Shown here one piece after another: positions 1 through 13,500 of a DNA stretch of 64,000 bases. Every line of letters starts with the position of its first letter. Position 1 is the stretch's first letter. A program made the translations under genes and the position numbers. Under the pieces are notes generated by a model. That model was not told where the DNA came from and did no database searches. It saw only the letters and a program-made list of their open reading frames with translations. This stretch comes from Vitrella brassicaformis CCMP3155 (taxonomy: Eukaryota; Protista; Chromerida): the NCBI GenBank assembly GCA_001179505.1, contig CDMY01000270.1, positions 62,001 through 126,000 on the forward strand. Reading direction: 5' to 3'.

Positions 1-401
1 ACCACACAGAAATGACATGAGGGAGGGGGAGCGGCAGTGAACAGGTGTGTGTGTCTGTGTGATGTGTGCTTGTGTATGTGTGCAGCCGGTCGGAGGTCGG
101 CAGCCTCAGAGCCACGGCCCGTTTCCTCTGGGAAGTCGACTTCTCGGCCGCCGTCCTGAGCAACCGACTCAGTCGCTGCCTGGCGGCCAAGGGGCTGCAC
201 GCCATCATCGCATTCGACGCTCAGCTGGACCGCCCTCTGCTGCTGAAGGCCATCTGGCTGGTGGACACGCAGCAGTGGACCGAGGTGGCCAATGCGCTGC
301 AGTTGGCGAGGCAGCGCGGCTTCTGCCAGCTGCCCATCACACTGGCTGTGGCCGACATGCAGCGTCACGATAGCAAACAGGTGGGCAGATGAGCGTGGGG
401 C
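1..401 (+). CDS. Orphan MGN-family protein, copy A (partial: end of intron 1 and exon 2 at 86-380, then gap)
   Basis: Exon reads RSEVGSLRATARFLWEVDFSAAVL...LPITLAVADMQRHDSKQ and is bounded by tgcag| and |gtgggc. It is homologous to exons at ~1568-1860, ~27372-27785 and ~29498-29892. Confidence 0.6.
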
Positions 402-701
402 NNNNNNNNNNNNNNNNNNNNNNNNNNNNNNNNNNNNNNNNNNNNNNNNNNNNNNNNNNNNNNNNNNNNNNNNNNNNNNNNNNNNNNNNNNNNNNNNNNN
501 NNNNNNNNNNNNNNNNNNNNNNNNNNNNNNNNNNNNNNNNNNNNNNNNNNNNNNNNNNNNNNNNNNNNNNNNNNNNNNNNNNNNNNNNNNNNNNNNNNNN
601 NNNNNNNNNNNNNNNNNNNNNNNNNNNNNNNNNNNNNNNNNNNNNNNNNNNNNNNNNNNNNNNNNNNNNNNNNNNNNNNNNNNNNNNNNNNNNNNNNNNN
701 N

Positions 702-1106
702 GCACTTCCGCAGCTCGCTCGGCACAATGCCTGCCAGCCAGTCATTCTTGGAGTGCCCGGAGGTGGAGCACCGACTCTTCTTCTGGACACGCTTGAGCCT
801 GCAGTAAGTCGAGTAGGCGTCGACCTCGGCAGCACACACTGCAACACAGACAGTGCACCCACCGCTATTCATTCACTGTGCTGCATTGTCGGTGATGGGC
901 TACATACCTGCATTGAACTGTTTCCTCCGCTCCTCTGCCTGCGCCTTGCGGTCCTGCCCGGAGATAATGGGGCCTTGTGTGTGTGGGTGCTGATGGTGGT
1001 CACTGTCGCATCGCGGGCGGGCTGATTGCGGTGCGTCCAGCTGCAGCTGCTTCATAGCCAGGGGCTCGATAGAGGCGCTCGTGTGGCGGAGGCCGTCGTC
1101 CTTCAT
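702..1106 (-). CDS. Orphan multi-pass membrane protein, copy 1 (5' part only, rest lost in gap)
   Basis: Apparently identical to 4867-5271. ATG at 1106 (MKDDGLRHTS...). Confidence 0.5.
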
Positions 1107-1131
1107 GGCGACAGGATCTTTTGGGCGACTC

Positions 1132-1295
1132 AAACCCTAACCGTCCGTCACCCCAACCCTAACCCTTGAGATCCCGCATTCCAGTTGCTCGATCACACCA
1201 TCCATGCGATGAATTAAAGAACGCGTACGATTGCATCCACGTTTGAATGATGGGGGTGAGGGGTGAGAACCCCAACCCTAACCCTAACCCTTGAG
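1132..1295. repeat. Short interstitial telomere-like (AACCCT)n tracts including AAACCCTAA; repeated at 5297-5460
   Basis: aaaccctaa at 1132-1140, aaccctaaccct at 1155-1166 and aaccccaaccctaaccctaaccct at 1268-1291, all between two divergent ATGs. Confidence 0.7.
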
Positions 1296-1377
1296 TTGGT
1301 CCGTCAGCAATTGGGCCCGACGGCTGGCAACCATGGCATGAAGTTGATCGGCCCTGCAGGAGCGTAGAGAGGGCGAA

Positions 1378-3150
1378 ATGGGCAACAACCACACTGCGGA
1401 CCGCCATGGTGCCGTTATCGACGAACACACGCTGGACTTCCTCCACAAAGCCGACAGAGATGCCCTCCACACGTATGCAGACCACACAGAAATGACATGA
1501 GGGAAGGGGAGCGGCAGTTGACAGCTGTGTGTGTGTGGGTGTGTTGGCTATCTGTGTATGTGTGCAGCCGGTTGGAGGTCGGCAGCCTCAGCCACGGCCC
1601 GTTTCCTCTGGGAAGTCGACTTCTCGGCCGCCGTCCTGAGCAGCCGACTCAATCGCTGCCTGGCCGCCAAGGGGCTGCACGCCATCATCGCCTTCGACGC
1701 TCAGCTGGACCGCCCTTTGCTGCTGAAGGCCATCTGGCTGGTGGACACGCAGCAGTGGACCGAGGTGGCCAATGCGCTGCAGTTGGCGAGGCAGCGCGGC
1801 TTCTGCCAGCTGCCCATCACACTGGCTGTGGCCGACATGCAGCGTCACGATAGCAAACAGGTGGGCAGATGAGCGTGGGGCGGGGTGGGTGGCACTCATC
1901 GGTCTGTCTGTCTGTGTGTGTAGGCGTATTTGGCCGATGCGCGTGTGATTGCGCTGTGGAAGATGGTCGGCAGACACGTCAACTTCGGCGGCAACTACGG
2001 CCGTTTTGAGCTGTTCGACCAGCCGGGCGGCGGTGTGCGTGCCTTCAAGGACGAGCCGGGCTTCGAGCTGGACATCAACCCGCCCCTCCCCCCCGCCCAC
2101 CCATACCACCCACACACCATCAACGACAACCCGCCCGTCAGATCCTCAATCGACCTGCAGGGGGGCAGCTGGACGGCCAGTGATGATGTTCTCACTGATG
2201 CCTCAGCGTCGGCGTTCATCATGAGGACAATCATGCGGGCCGGGAATTGGGGCGCCACTCCATGGGCCTACGTGGACCGGTATGCAGAACACACGACACT
2301 CGGGCAGACACTCATCCATCCATCAGGGCCTCTTCCCTCTGCTCTGTGTTGGTCTCCTCAGCCATGCTCACGGCGGTGTGCTGGACGGCCTCCTCAACCA
2401 CTCGCCCCACCAGCCCCCCGACAGGTGCACGGCCGTTGTGGCGAGCAGGGACGATGATAATGGTCCCCCTGTAGAGTTTCGGATTCTGCAGCTGACGCCA
2501 TTCGACAGCCCATTTGTCGCAGACATCATTCTCATCACCTGGGCCCACGGCACGAACAGCGGTACGGGATGGAGCCACAGATCTTCTGCTGATTGAGTCA
2601 TCCTTTGACGTGTGCTGTTTCGCTTCATGCAGTGACTGTGGGTGTCGTCACCGACGAGCCGCCAGTAGGTGATGCATCGGATGCCTTCAAGGACCGCCGG
2701 CCCTCTACCGCCCCTCTAGTGGGCGGCCTGGTGGGCAGCACCATAGCAAACATGGTGGTCAACCAACAGGAGGAAGTCACCGATGAGGGTGAGTGTGCAG
2801 CCAGCCGCCTCCATCTCGGTCTGTCGGCTGGATGAATCGGTGTGTGGTTTGTGCAGAAGAGGGTGCGGGCGAGGATAGTGACGATGACGACGATAGCGAT
2901 AGCGATGAGGGTGAGGAGTCAGTGGGGGGGGCCGTGTTTGTGTCTGGGCTCACTTGTACGTTTGCATATGTTGCGTGTGCAGATCTGGATGGGGAGGGCG
3001 ATGGCCATGGCGACGGCCAGCAGCAGCTGCAGGAGGAGGAGGAGGAGGAGGGTGAGATGGGCGGAGGGGATGAGCCAGATCAGAGCGACACACATGCATT
3101 CGTTGTGTGGTTGTGTGGGTTATGGATGTCTGCTTCAATGTGTCAGGTGA
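1378..3150 (+). pseudogene. Orphan MGN-family gene, copy B, with a 2-nt frameshift in exon 2; acidic C-terminal tail, no TPR; 3' end uncertain
   Basis: Exons 1378-1472 (MGNNHTADRHGAVIDEHTLDFLHKADRDALHT), 1568-1860, 1924-2279, ~2362-2561, 2633-~2789, then Asp/Glu-rich exons. Copy A has ctcagagccacg where B has ctcagccacg (~1590). Confidence 0.55.
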
Positions 3151-3706
3151 GGGTGTGGAGAGGGAGGCCAAGAGAAGGAGGGTGGAGGAGAGCTAGATGG
3201 CATGGCACCGTACCAATGGCAGAGACCAATGTGGCTCTATCGGCACCATGTGGTGCCTGTATGCCCCCGTGGTGGACAGAGATGCATGTGTATTGCCAGT
3301 ACATTCGAATTGTTCCAGCGGCTGGCTGACCCACACACATCTCTCTGCCAGCTCTGAGAAGGTCATTCATGGCTGCTCTGCCTGCACACTCGACACTGCA
3401 CACTCGCCAAGCAGGCCGCGTGCTTGCTTTGCGTGACCAGATGGATATTCAGCCAACCGCACGCAACATTCATTCATTCATTCTGGCATCCGGATCACAG
3501 TTTTCCCATACACACGTCGACCCACGGGCAGGTCCCACTCACAAATGGTACGTCACACCCACACAACCGATCACGGCACGACCTCACACACAACAAGTCC
3601 CTCCTACTCAGAGACATGTAACCAACACCGCCAACCCTAAAAGACCCAACCACTTAATTGCCAACACGCCACTCACCTATCTCATCGAGCCCTGCATACG
3701 ATGCAT

Positions 3707-5271
3707 TCACCTGCCCTCGTCCACCGTGTCCAGCAGCGGCTCCGTCAGGTCTCTGCTCAGCCTCTTTCCAAACCCCGCCGCAGGTGTCCTGGGTGACAAT
3801 ATGGATGACGAACGGGTCGGCGGATGCGGTCGCTTCCCCTCAAGGTACTCCCTCTCGAGTCGATCACGGGTTTTGCGCCACCACCGCTGCACCGCCATCA
3901 CCTACACACACACGCACACACGCACCACGCCATTGGTAGGTGCATCTTCCCCTCTGCCCCCTAGCTGTGTGTGTGTGTGTGTTCTTCTCGTTGGTACCGC
4001 TCGGACGGATACTGTGAAGCTGAGGTCGTCCCAGTGCTGATGCTGAGCGATCGGCAGGGCCGTCCGGTGGCAGGCCACACCAGGATCGAAGAGAGACCTC
4101 GCATCGGTGGCCAGAAACAGGGTGGCGGTGAGCGCCTGCAGTGCTGCGAGAAAGCCGATGAGCCAGCTGAGCGGCTGGCCCACCATGGGCACCGTGGGGT
4201 CGTTCATGAGCCCCTGGTCGTCCAGATTGAAGATGAGGGCGTTGACACTCATCGACACGATCCCTGAAGCAAGCAAGGAAAAAGTGAAAACAATGCGCAA
4301 GTGGATGCACCTCCCTCCCTCTCTCCCCCCCATTACCAGTGAAGAGGAGAATACGCGCTATGGTTGGGTAGTTGTGCGGCCTCCACCATGGCGGCAGGAA
4401 CTCTATCTCGCTCTCGAGGAGGATGAGCAGCCCACCGTACAGCAGGAAGATGAACCCGGCCAGGTACAGGCTGCACTCCATCTCGGATGTCCCCACGGAG
4501 AACCGAAGCGATAACGCCCACAACGACCACAAAGGATACCTGCCCACCGACCAAACCAGAACCAAAGCACCCCTGTGTGTCTGCGGCATCCGTCCGTTGC
4601 TTCCATTGCTTTTCCACTCACCCGCAGATGGCCCCCAGGTTGCCGAGGGGGTAGATGATGGTCGGCCTCTCCCCTGACGGCAGCGTCAGCCAGTCGATGG
4701 TCGTCACCAGGGAGTAGACGAACCAGAAGATGTACACGACAGTCACCATCAGCATCCCCGCCTCGTCAGCCACGAGTGTCGACGCCAGCTCCACAATCTC
4801 CACCAGCACCGACACGTAGGCCATCATGATCAGCCCCACCTGGTCCTTCGTCAGGTGCCGCCAGGAGCACTTCCGCAGCTCGCTCGGCACAATGCCTGCC
4901 AGCCAGTCATTCTTGGAGTGCCCGGAGGTGGAGCACCGACTCTTCTTCTGGACACGCTTGAGCCTGCAGTAAGTCGAGTAGGCGTCGACCTCGGCAGCAC
5001 ACACTGCAACACAGACAGTGCACCCACCGCTATTCATTCACTGTGCTGCATTGTCGGTGATGGGCTACATACCTGCATTGAACTGTTTCCTCCGCTCCTC
5101 TGCCTGCGCCTTGCGGTCCTGCCCGGAGATAATGGGGCCTTGTGTGTGTGGGTGCTGATGGTGGTCACTGTCGCATCGCGGGCGGGCTGATTGCGGTGCG
5201 TCCAGCTGCAGCTGCTTCATAGCCAGGGGCTCGATAGAGGCGCTCGTGTGGCGGAGGCCGTCGTCCTTCAT
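3707..5271 (-). CDS. Orphan multi-pass membrane protein (multi-exon, roughly 6-8 hydrophobic helices)
   Basis: Spliced reading MKDDGLRHTS...|VCAAEVDAYSTYCRLK...GLIMMAYVSVLVEIVELA...VVYIFWFVYSLVTTIDWL...|YPLWSLWALSLRF...YLAGFIFLLYGGLLILLE...|SGIVSMSVNALIFNL...LSWLIGFLAALQAL...SFTVSVRA|VMAVQRWW...DEGR*. GT-AG junctions were seen at several joins. Confidence 0.65.
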
Positions 5272-5542
5272 GGCGACAGGATCTTTTGGGCGACTCAAAC
5301 CCTAACCGTCCGTCACCCCAACCCTAACCCTTGAGATCCCGCATTCCAGTTGCTCGATCACACCATCCATGCGATGAATTAAAGAACGCGTACGATTGCA
5401 TCCACGTTTGAATGATGGGGGTGAGGGGTGAGAACCCCAACCCTAACCCTAACCCTTGAGTTGGTCCGTCAGCAATTGGGCCCGACGGCTGGCAACCATG
5501 GCATGAAGTTGATCGGCCCTGCAGGAGCGTAGAGAGGGCGAA

Positions 5543-6922
5543 ATGGGCAACAACCACACTGCGGACCGCCATGGTGCCGTTATCGACGAACACACGCTGG
5601 ACTTCCTCCACAAAGCCGACAGAGATGCCCTCCACACGTATGCAGACCACACAGAAATGACATGAGGGAAGGGGAGCGGCAGTTGACAGCTGTGTGTGTG
5701 TGGGTGTGTNNNNNNNNNNNNNNNNNNNNNNNNNNNNNNNNNNNNNNNNNNNNNNNNNNNNNNNNNNNNNNNNNNNNNNNNNNNNNNNNNNNNNNNNNNN
5801 NNNNNNNNNNNNNNNNNNNNNNNNNNNNNNNNNNNNNNNNNNNNNNNNNNNNNNNNNNNNNNNNNNNNNNNNNNNNNNNNNNNNNNNNNNNNNNNNNNNN
5901 NNNNNNNNNNNNNNNNNNNNNNNNNNNNNNNNNNNNNNNNNNNNNNNNNNNNNNNNNNNNNNNNNNNNNNNNNNNNNNNNNNNNNNNNNNNNNNNNNNNN
6001 NNNNNNNNNGGGGTGGCACTCATCGGTCTGTCGGTTTGTCTGTCTGTCTGTGTGTGTAGGCGTATTTGGCCGATGTGCGTGTGATTGCGTTGTGGAAGAT
6101 GGTCGGCAGGCACGTCAACTTCGGCGGCAGCTACGGCCGTTTTGAGCTGTTCGACCAGCCGGGAGGCGGTGTGCGTGCCCTCCACGACGAGCCGGGCTTC
6201 GAGCTGGACATCAACCCGCCCCTCCCCCCCGCCCACCCATACCACACACACACCATCACCGACAGCCCGCCCGTCAGATCCAGAATCCGCCACCAGGGGG
6301 GCGGCTGGGCGGCCGGGGGTCAGGAGAGCACTGATGCCTCGGCGTCGGCGTTCATCATGAGAATCATCCTGATGAACGCCGAGGCGATTTGGGGCAGAAC
6401 TCCATGGGTTCGAGTGGACCGGTACGCAGGACACGCCACACTCAGACACACATCCATCCATCACGGCCTCTTCTCTGTGTCATGTGTTGGTCTCCTCAGG
6501 CATGCCCACGGCGGTGTGCTGGACGGCCTCCTCAACCAGTCGCCCCACCAGCCGCCCAACGGATGCACCGCCGTCATGGCGGGCAGGTTGGACGAAGTGG
6601 ATCCCGCTGTAGAGATTCGGCAGCTGCTGCTGACGCCGTTCGACAGCCCATTCGTCGCATTGCTCGTTCTCCTCACCCGTGCCAACATTAACACAGGTGA
6701 GGGATAAGATGAAAGATCCTCTGCTGATTGAGCCGTCCTTTGACGTGTGCTGTGTCGCTGGATGCAGTGGGTGTGGATGTCATCACCACCGAGCCGCCAG
6801 TGGGTGATGCATCGGCTGCCTTCAAGGACCGCCGGCCGGCCACCGCCCCTCTGGTGGGCGGCCCGCTGGTGGACGCCATAGCAAACATGGTGGTCAACCA
6901 GAAAGAGGCAACTAGGCAATAA
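5543..6922 (+). CDS. Orphan MGN-family protein, copy C (interrupted by gap 5710-6009); ends ...NMVVNQKEATRQ*
   Basis: Exon 1 is identical to copy B. Downstream exons (FGGSYGRFELFDQPGGG..., HAHGGVLDGLLNQSPHQPP..., TEPPVGDASAAFKDRRP) are clearly homologous to B but diverged. Confidence 0.55.
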
Positions 6923-8281
6923 AGGTGGGTGAGAGTCGAAGTGAAATGGGTGCTCCATCTATCTCTCTGTGTTGGATGTGTATGTGTGTTGTGGTGTGTG
7001 TAGGTGGGCGAGGCGATGTGACGCGACGCCTGGTGGGGAGGGACTGTTGAATGGGGGAGGATATGAACGACACGGGCGTGAGTCTAGTCTGGGCATACAT
7101 GTGTCACATATGCCCATGTATGTGTCTCAGTTGATTGGCCTGTGAGTCCATGGTGGCTGGCATGGCGTGTGGTGTGAGGGCGAGAGGGGGACTGTAGCTG
7201 GTGCACACAGACATGGATTGACACATGTCGGTCGATGGACGACTCTTCATGTCTGTGTACAGATCAACCGCATATTGCGTGCAGGTATGTTCGGCACACA
7301 GCACTGCCTACGCATCGAATCAATGCGGCGACGGCCGGTTGTTCGACAGACAGAATCGGTTCTGAACACAGCTTTCTTTCATTGACCNNNNNNNNNNNNN
7401 NNNNNNNNNNNNNNNNNNNNNNNNNNNNNNNNNNNNNNNNNNNNNNNNNNNNNNNNNNNNNNNNNNNNNNNNNNNNNNNNNNNNNNNNNNNNNNNNNNNN
7501 NNNNNNNNNNNNNNNNNNNNNNNNNNNNNNNNNNNNNNNNNNNNNNNNNNNNNNNNNNNNNNNNNNNNNNNNNNNNNNNNNNNNNNNNNNNNNNNNNNNN
7601 NNNNNNNNNNNNNNNNNNNNNNNNNNNNNNNNNNNNNNNNNNNNNNNNNNNNNNNNNNNNNNNNNNNNNNNNNNNNNNNNNNNNNNNCCCCCCACACACA
7701 CACACAAATGAAATGATCAAAGTTGGTCACGCCTAATGCAGACACATTCACGCATTCACACAGACATACAGCCACACCGAGTCGAGCCATCACTGGTTGG
7801 CCAACACATTCGTTCGCCATCAGTGTCCTTCCAACAACGTTGCATTAACCACCGTTTGTGTCCTCGTCGGTCGACGAGAGAGAGACACGAACGCCTGCAT
7901 GTCCTTCCGACAGCCGCAAGCATTATCCGTAAGTCACACACAGCTGAGAGAGGAAGAGGGAGGCTTGCGTGTGACTATCCCTCTCTCTGTGCGCGTGTGT
8001 GCAGTGGTGCCTGTCTCATTTAGGCGGCACGACGATCGGCTCTCAGCTGAGAGTTTGGAAGAGACATGCATAGAATGGATGGATGGATGGATGGAAGACA
8101 AATATAACGGTTGGCGGGCTGCAGAGCTGAAAGGGAGTGGATTCACATCCAATCGGGTCCGCATGAGCACATCCAATTAAGCACATCCACGTGCGATATA
8201 TACCTTGTCAACGAGCAAAGAATGTAAGATGTAGGCAACGATGGTCCACCCCCCATATACCCCACCTCCCCTCCCTTCTCA

Positions 8282-9680
8282 TTAGCCCCTCAACCCCTCA
8301 TCCTCCCAGGCCCATGTTGCGCTGCACCTCGCGGGTGGTGTCGCTGATGCGGAGGTGCAGCGCATGTCTCGCTCCACGGCCGTTTCGAGCAGGTCGTCGT
8401 CGGGCGGTGGCGGCAGGAGATAGGCCGCCAGCAGCCCCGCGAGGATGTGGTTGAGCTGCCCGTTGGTGAAGTCGTAGTTGTTGGGCACCACTTGAGCCCG
8501 TTGGCAGCGCTCGTCGACAGCCCGAAGAGGGCACTCTGGAGGCCGATGCATCCACGAGGGTGGGTGTACAGGTACCATATGCGCTGCACGGCTTGCGTGT
8601 CTTGGGCCCTGACGCATCACACACACACACACACACACACACAGAGGGGAGGGAGACACAGTTTGCATTAGTGTGTCCGTCTTCCTTTCTTCTCCCTTTT
8701 GTCGGCCTTACGGGTGGTGGCAGGCGGTGATGATGGTGTGTATCAGGGTCTTGTAGGCCGGTAGTGCGCGGCTGCGGTTGATCAGGCGGCGGGCCAGGCG
8801 TCGCCGGTGCTGCACGGTCAGCCCGCGATCGTACAGGTGAAGGCCGGCATCATGCATCATGCATGTGCCGGCCTGTCGGCCTTCATGAAGTCATGGGGAC
8901 CCACAGGCTGTCGGCAGCGCGGCGGCGCATGAGCTCCCCGGCTGCGTTGCGCATGGGCTGGCGCGGCTGTGCAGCCATGAGCAAGCGGGCCAGCGGGACC
9001 GCCACGCAACAAAACCAGATGTATAACCGCACTCGGACTGATGGGCAAAGACAATTGGGCAAACAAACAAACAAACAGCAGCAGGAAGAATGACACGTTC
9101 ATTTGTTTGTGTGTGAGTGACGAAGGGTTCCTCACTCTCTGGGCACGGCTGTGGAAAGCAGACCTGCTCACACAATTCAACACAACACCCACACGCTGTG
9201 ATGTGATGTGTTGGTGACATATTGGTTGAGCCAAAAGAATTACTTACGTGGCATATTGCATTGACGAACACCCACTCGTAACTGACATCGAACACACCAA
9301 CACCGCACAGTCCACTTGTGACTACAATGCGCCGGCTGTCTTACTTACTTCCAGTCTCAATAGTCCAGTCCGCTGTTTCTCCTATGCGGTCGCCGTTCTG
9401 CTGCAGATAGCGCCAGGAACAAGGAAGGGCAGGTAGTGCCACAGATTGATGGTGACGTGCTGCCGAACAAACACAAGCAACCAAGCCCCAGACACATTCA
9501 CAGACGCGACGGCGAAATGATGCATGTGGATGCATCTTCATGCATGCAACGCGTGATGAATGAATGCAGTGACATCTGCCTCTCACCGTATTAGTGTAGT
9601 GGTCTCGGGCGGAGAAGTGCAGTAGATGGGCGTATATCTCTCTATGGTCGGGATACACAATTCCCGCCACCGACCATACT
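8282..9680 (-). CDS. Probable multi-exon hypothetical protein; structure not resolved
   Basis: Coding-like segments with GT donors: AGIVYPDHREIYAHLLHFSARDHYTNT|, VFDVSYEWVFVNAICH|gtaagt, GLHLYDRGLTVQHRRRLARRLINRSRALPAYKTLIHTII and VVPNNYDFTNGQLNHILAGLLAAYLL. No family recognised. Confidence 0.3.
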
Positions 9681-10513
9681 CCCGCGGCTAGAATCGGGAG
9701 CGGGTGGGGGAAGGCGAATGCACGCCAGCGGCAGCGCTGGACGCCTCAGGCGGCGGCGGCATCGTATTGGCGGCCTGCTGTGGTTGGCCGTTGAAAGTGC
9801 ACGCGTGAGGGGCGGTGAGGGGCTTGGGATATGGGGGGGGGGCGGGGGGGAGCTGGATGCAGCAGGAAGGTTGCCAGGGAAGGTTGAGCAAACGAGAGAA
9901 GGCGGGCAGCAGGGGATGAGCCAGCTTGATTGCGACGAATACAGCGGCGTGCGCTCGCAAATGACTTGCTCCTTTTTCCTTCATAATTTGTCTCCTTTCT
10001 CGACGTTTGTACATCCGAGTGTACATCTGTGTCCTAGCTGCGTTCGCAACTTAAGGGCAGGCGGACGGGGCACGTCGGCGCTGAGTCCCTCTGCTTTGAA
10101 GCGTTTTCACATACAGAGCGCTGCTGCTTACAACAAATAAATAACACACACATACTACACACACAAAGTGGAGTCATAAGGGAGGGTGACGGCCACCTTC
10201 GGCACGGCAACGGGCGAAGGGGAGGAGCACCATGACATGCCACTCCACCTGTACGTTGCAGATACCCGAAGATCGCCGTCTCGATTCCATCACCACCCAC
10301 CGGTGCCACCACCTCCCACCTGCCACCACCTCCCACTCATCTTCCGTCCGCATGCACACACATACACGATAAACAATACGATACACCACACCCACCGGTG
10401 ACGTCTGTCTGTCTGTCTGTCTGTTGCCATGGGTGCGCCACTAGCACACCAGCTGCCTACCCACCCCGGCCGTCACGCCTTTGTCTCTCTACTCTCTACG
10501 TCCATTCATTCCG

Positions 10514-13500
10514 TCACACGTCGTCCATGTCGTCGTCTTCATCCTCATCTCTGTCGCCCTCACTCAGCCGGCGGAAGGTCTCGCACACATCGACATACTC
10601 GTCAACTGCACACACACAGATGCACCGCAGACACACACGGGTGTGTCGGTGTTAGGTGGTGTGTTGCGTGTGTGTGAGCGGCCTGACCTTCCATGCCCTG
10701 GTGGTCCGATATCTCTGCCACCTTTCCCGCCATCCGCACACGATCCAACGCAAAGGATATCGACTGCACCACACCACACCACACCACATCACACCAGCCA
10801 CACGTTCACGCGTCAGTCGCCCGTGTGGTTGTGGTGAGGCTCATTTCATTCACGAACCTGGAGTGGGGGTATGAGTGCTGCCTTCTTCTGCTGTCGCCGC
10901 CCCACCGGCCGCGCCGTCTTGGCCAGTCGGGGGTCGATGGAGTGCAGCAACGCACACACGGCAATCTCCTCGACGTCAACAGACGGCTCACGACAGGCTG
11001 GCGGCTTCCTGATCATCGAAAGGAAAGGAGTGTCAAGGACAAATGAGTTGTGCATGTGTGTTGCGAGTGGGTGGGCGGAGGCTCACATGAGTGTGCCGTT
11101 TGATGCGATGTGTGCGTTGAAGAGCTGTGGGTAGGCCAATGGCAACACCAGAGGAGAATCCACCGCATAGCTGACAGACCAGCAATGGGGGCAAGTGACT
11201 GACAAGAAGGCTCCATGTGTGTGCGCCTGTGAGTGGCTGACCATCTGGCTTGCGCAGGTGTGGGTAGATATCTGCTGAGCAGCGGTAGGAAGGGCACCGA
11301 CAGGCCACGGGCAGACAGACACTGATACGGATGACCCTGCACACAACGCAATAACCACACACCCATGCATACACTCATCTGTGTGTGTTGACGCAAGCCT
11401 CTCCTATGCTGGCTTGGCTGACCATCCGCTTTGCCCCCAGAGATGCTCCCGTGAGGTCATTGAAGCCCAGTGGCTGCCACACGGCTGGGGAGGGGAATAC
11501 CGATGGCTGTGAAATCACGTCGCCCCGCTCGTTGAGATCAGGGAACGGTGGGAACAGCGACATGTTGGCAGACACCTTGGACCGATCCCTGCAGGCACGA
11601 CGGATGGATGACATACAGGATGGATGGAACAGCAGCATTCGTGTGTTGGTTGGTTGGCGCACCATATGGGTATGGGAAGGGCGAGCCCCAGGCCGCACAG
11701 GGGGTTGCCGCTGGGCACGGACGCCTTGATCATGTCGGTCAGACTCACACCTCGGCCACACGACAACCTGAATTAATGGATCCGACGACACATAACCTCC
11801 ACCACATGGGCCATCTGGCAATCATCTCTGTATACCTGACGGGGCTTGTGAGTGCATCGAGGGCAGTGGCGATGATCGCCGACGAGTCGAACCAATTCAC
11901 AGCCTGCGTGACAACACACATGCTGCTCGATTGCCACTGCTCGATTGCCATTCGCACACCCGTCAGTCAGTCGCCCACCCACCTCAAATTCCAGCGGGTA
12001 GATCTGCCTCTCCGTCAGGCCGCCACCAATCTCACCCAACTGTGGTGGGTACCTCCACTTGTCGCACTCCACCACACACACGCCCGTCCCCTCACCACCC
12101 GCACCCTCACACCCGAAGCCATGCAGCGTAAATGCCCCGTTGAGACGCCGATACTGCAGCGGCCAGTCGATTGTCTGTGCTGGAGCGGCAGATGCCGACG
12201 GCGTCTCGCATGTGGCAGCGATGGCGAAGATGGACGCCTTTGGGCACTCCTCGCTGATCCATTTCTTGTATGTGGTTGCAAGGGCGGTGAATGCCGTGTG
12301 TTGGTCGGTGAGCATTTGGAAGGCGTCGATGCGGTCGGAGAGCTCCAGCTGGTGACGGAGCAGCTCAAGCAGGGCCTCAGACTGCCAGGAAGCACAAGAG
12401 ACGCAGTGCACAATACGGCTGGTGATGGATCCGTATTGGTAGTTGCATGCATACATACGTGTTGGTCCCTGTCGGCATATGCGAGGCCGTCGAAGAAGGA
12501 ATCGAACCCGCCGATGCTCAAATGATAACCTGAACCAAGAGGGGGACGGGACGGGAGAAGGAGGCGGCATGAGAGTAATGGATAGATACGGCAGACAGAC
12601 ATGGTCGCCCTCCATATCTATTCGTCGCCCACCTTGCAGCTCATGGACACTGGTTGGTGGCAGCTCCACCTGACAAGAACAGACAGACAGACAGACAGAG
12701 AGAGCGGCAGAATGGATGGATGAATGGATGGTGGATGGACCAGTCAGCATCCAGTCGGTCGGCTGTGTTTAGTCACCTTGAGGTAGTCGGTGAAGTATCT
12801 GGTGTCCCGCCGCACCTCAGCGGCCGATGGCGGCGACACTCTGGCCACTTTGGTTGAGGCGATGCCGTGTTCGCCCGTGTCCCTGCCGTTGCGCCAGTCG
12901 TGGGCCCCCAGGCTGCGCACGTAGGCTGATGGCGGGATCCGGGGAGACGCTTGCACGGTGGCCTGGCCCTTCCTGAACACACGTGAGTGACATCCATCAG
13001 TCTGCCGTTGCGCATGTGCCTTGCAGCTCTCGTGCTGGCTAACCAAGTGTGTGCGTATGGCTGCTCCTGTGGCTGCTCTTCTTGTTGGTCGCCATGAGGT
13101 ACGCGGTCTCTCACGGCGACAGAGCCCAAGGCGCCTGACGAACGGAAGATACGCCGGACATTCAAATGCGCGTTCATCCTCCGAGTTTCTGTCTGCGTGT
13201 GTGCGCCCTACCGGAGTAGTCGACGACCATCAGTCGGGGCCGGTAGACCACCCCCTGACGACCAACAAACACACACACACGACGGAAATGGATGGGCCAG
13301 CGACAAATGCCTGGCTTCTCTGTCCCATGAGTGCTTCCCACCGTCTTGGAGTCGTGTGTCGAGTAGTATGGCGTGTAGTCCATCTCACGCTCGTCCTCCG
13401 CCTCGCTCTCCGCCGCACCTGCACTCTCATCCTGAATGCACACACAGATGCACACACCACAGAGATCAAAGGGATGGATGAATGGGATCTGCCTGCTGAT

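Larger units (their letters stand above)
702..1544. repeat. Segmental direct repeat, apparently identical to 4867-5709 (offset 4165 bp)
   Basis: Direct sequence comparison. The ORF track gives identical translations at 900..1133/5065..5298 and 1284..1487/5449..5652. Confidence 0.9.

Noticed and set aside
1132-1295. A true telomere or chromosome-fusion site
   Set aside because: Only 1-4 hexamers per tract, all in one orientation, with no head-to-head array.
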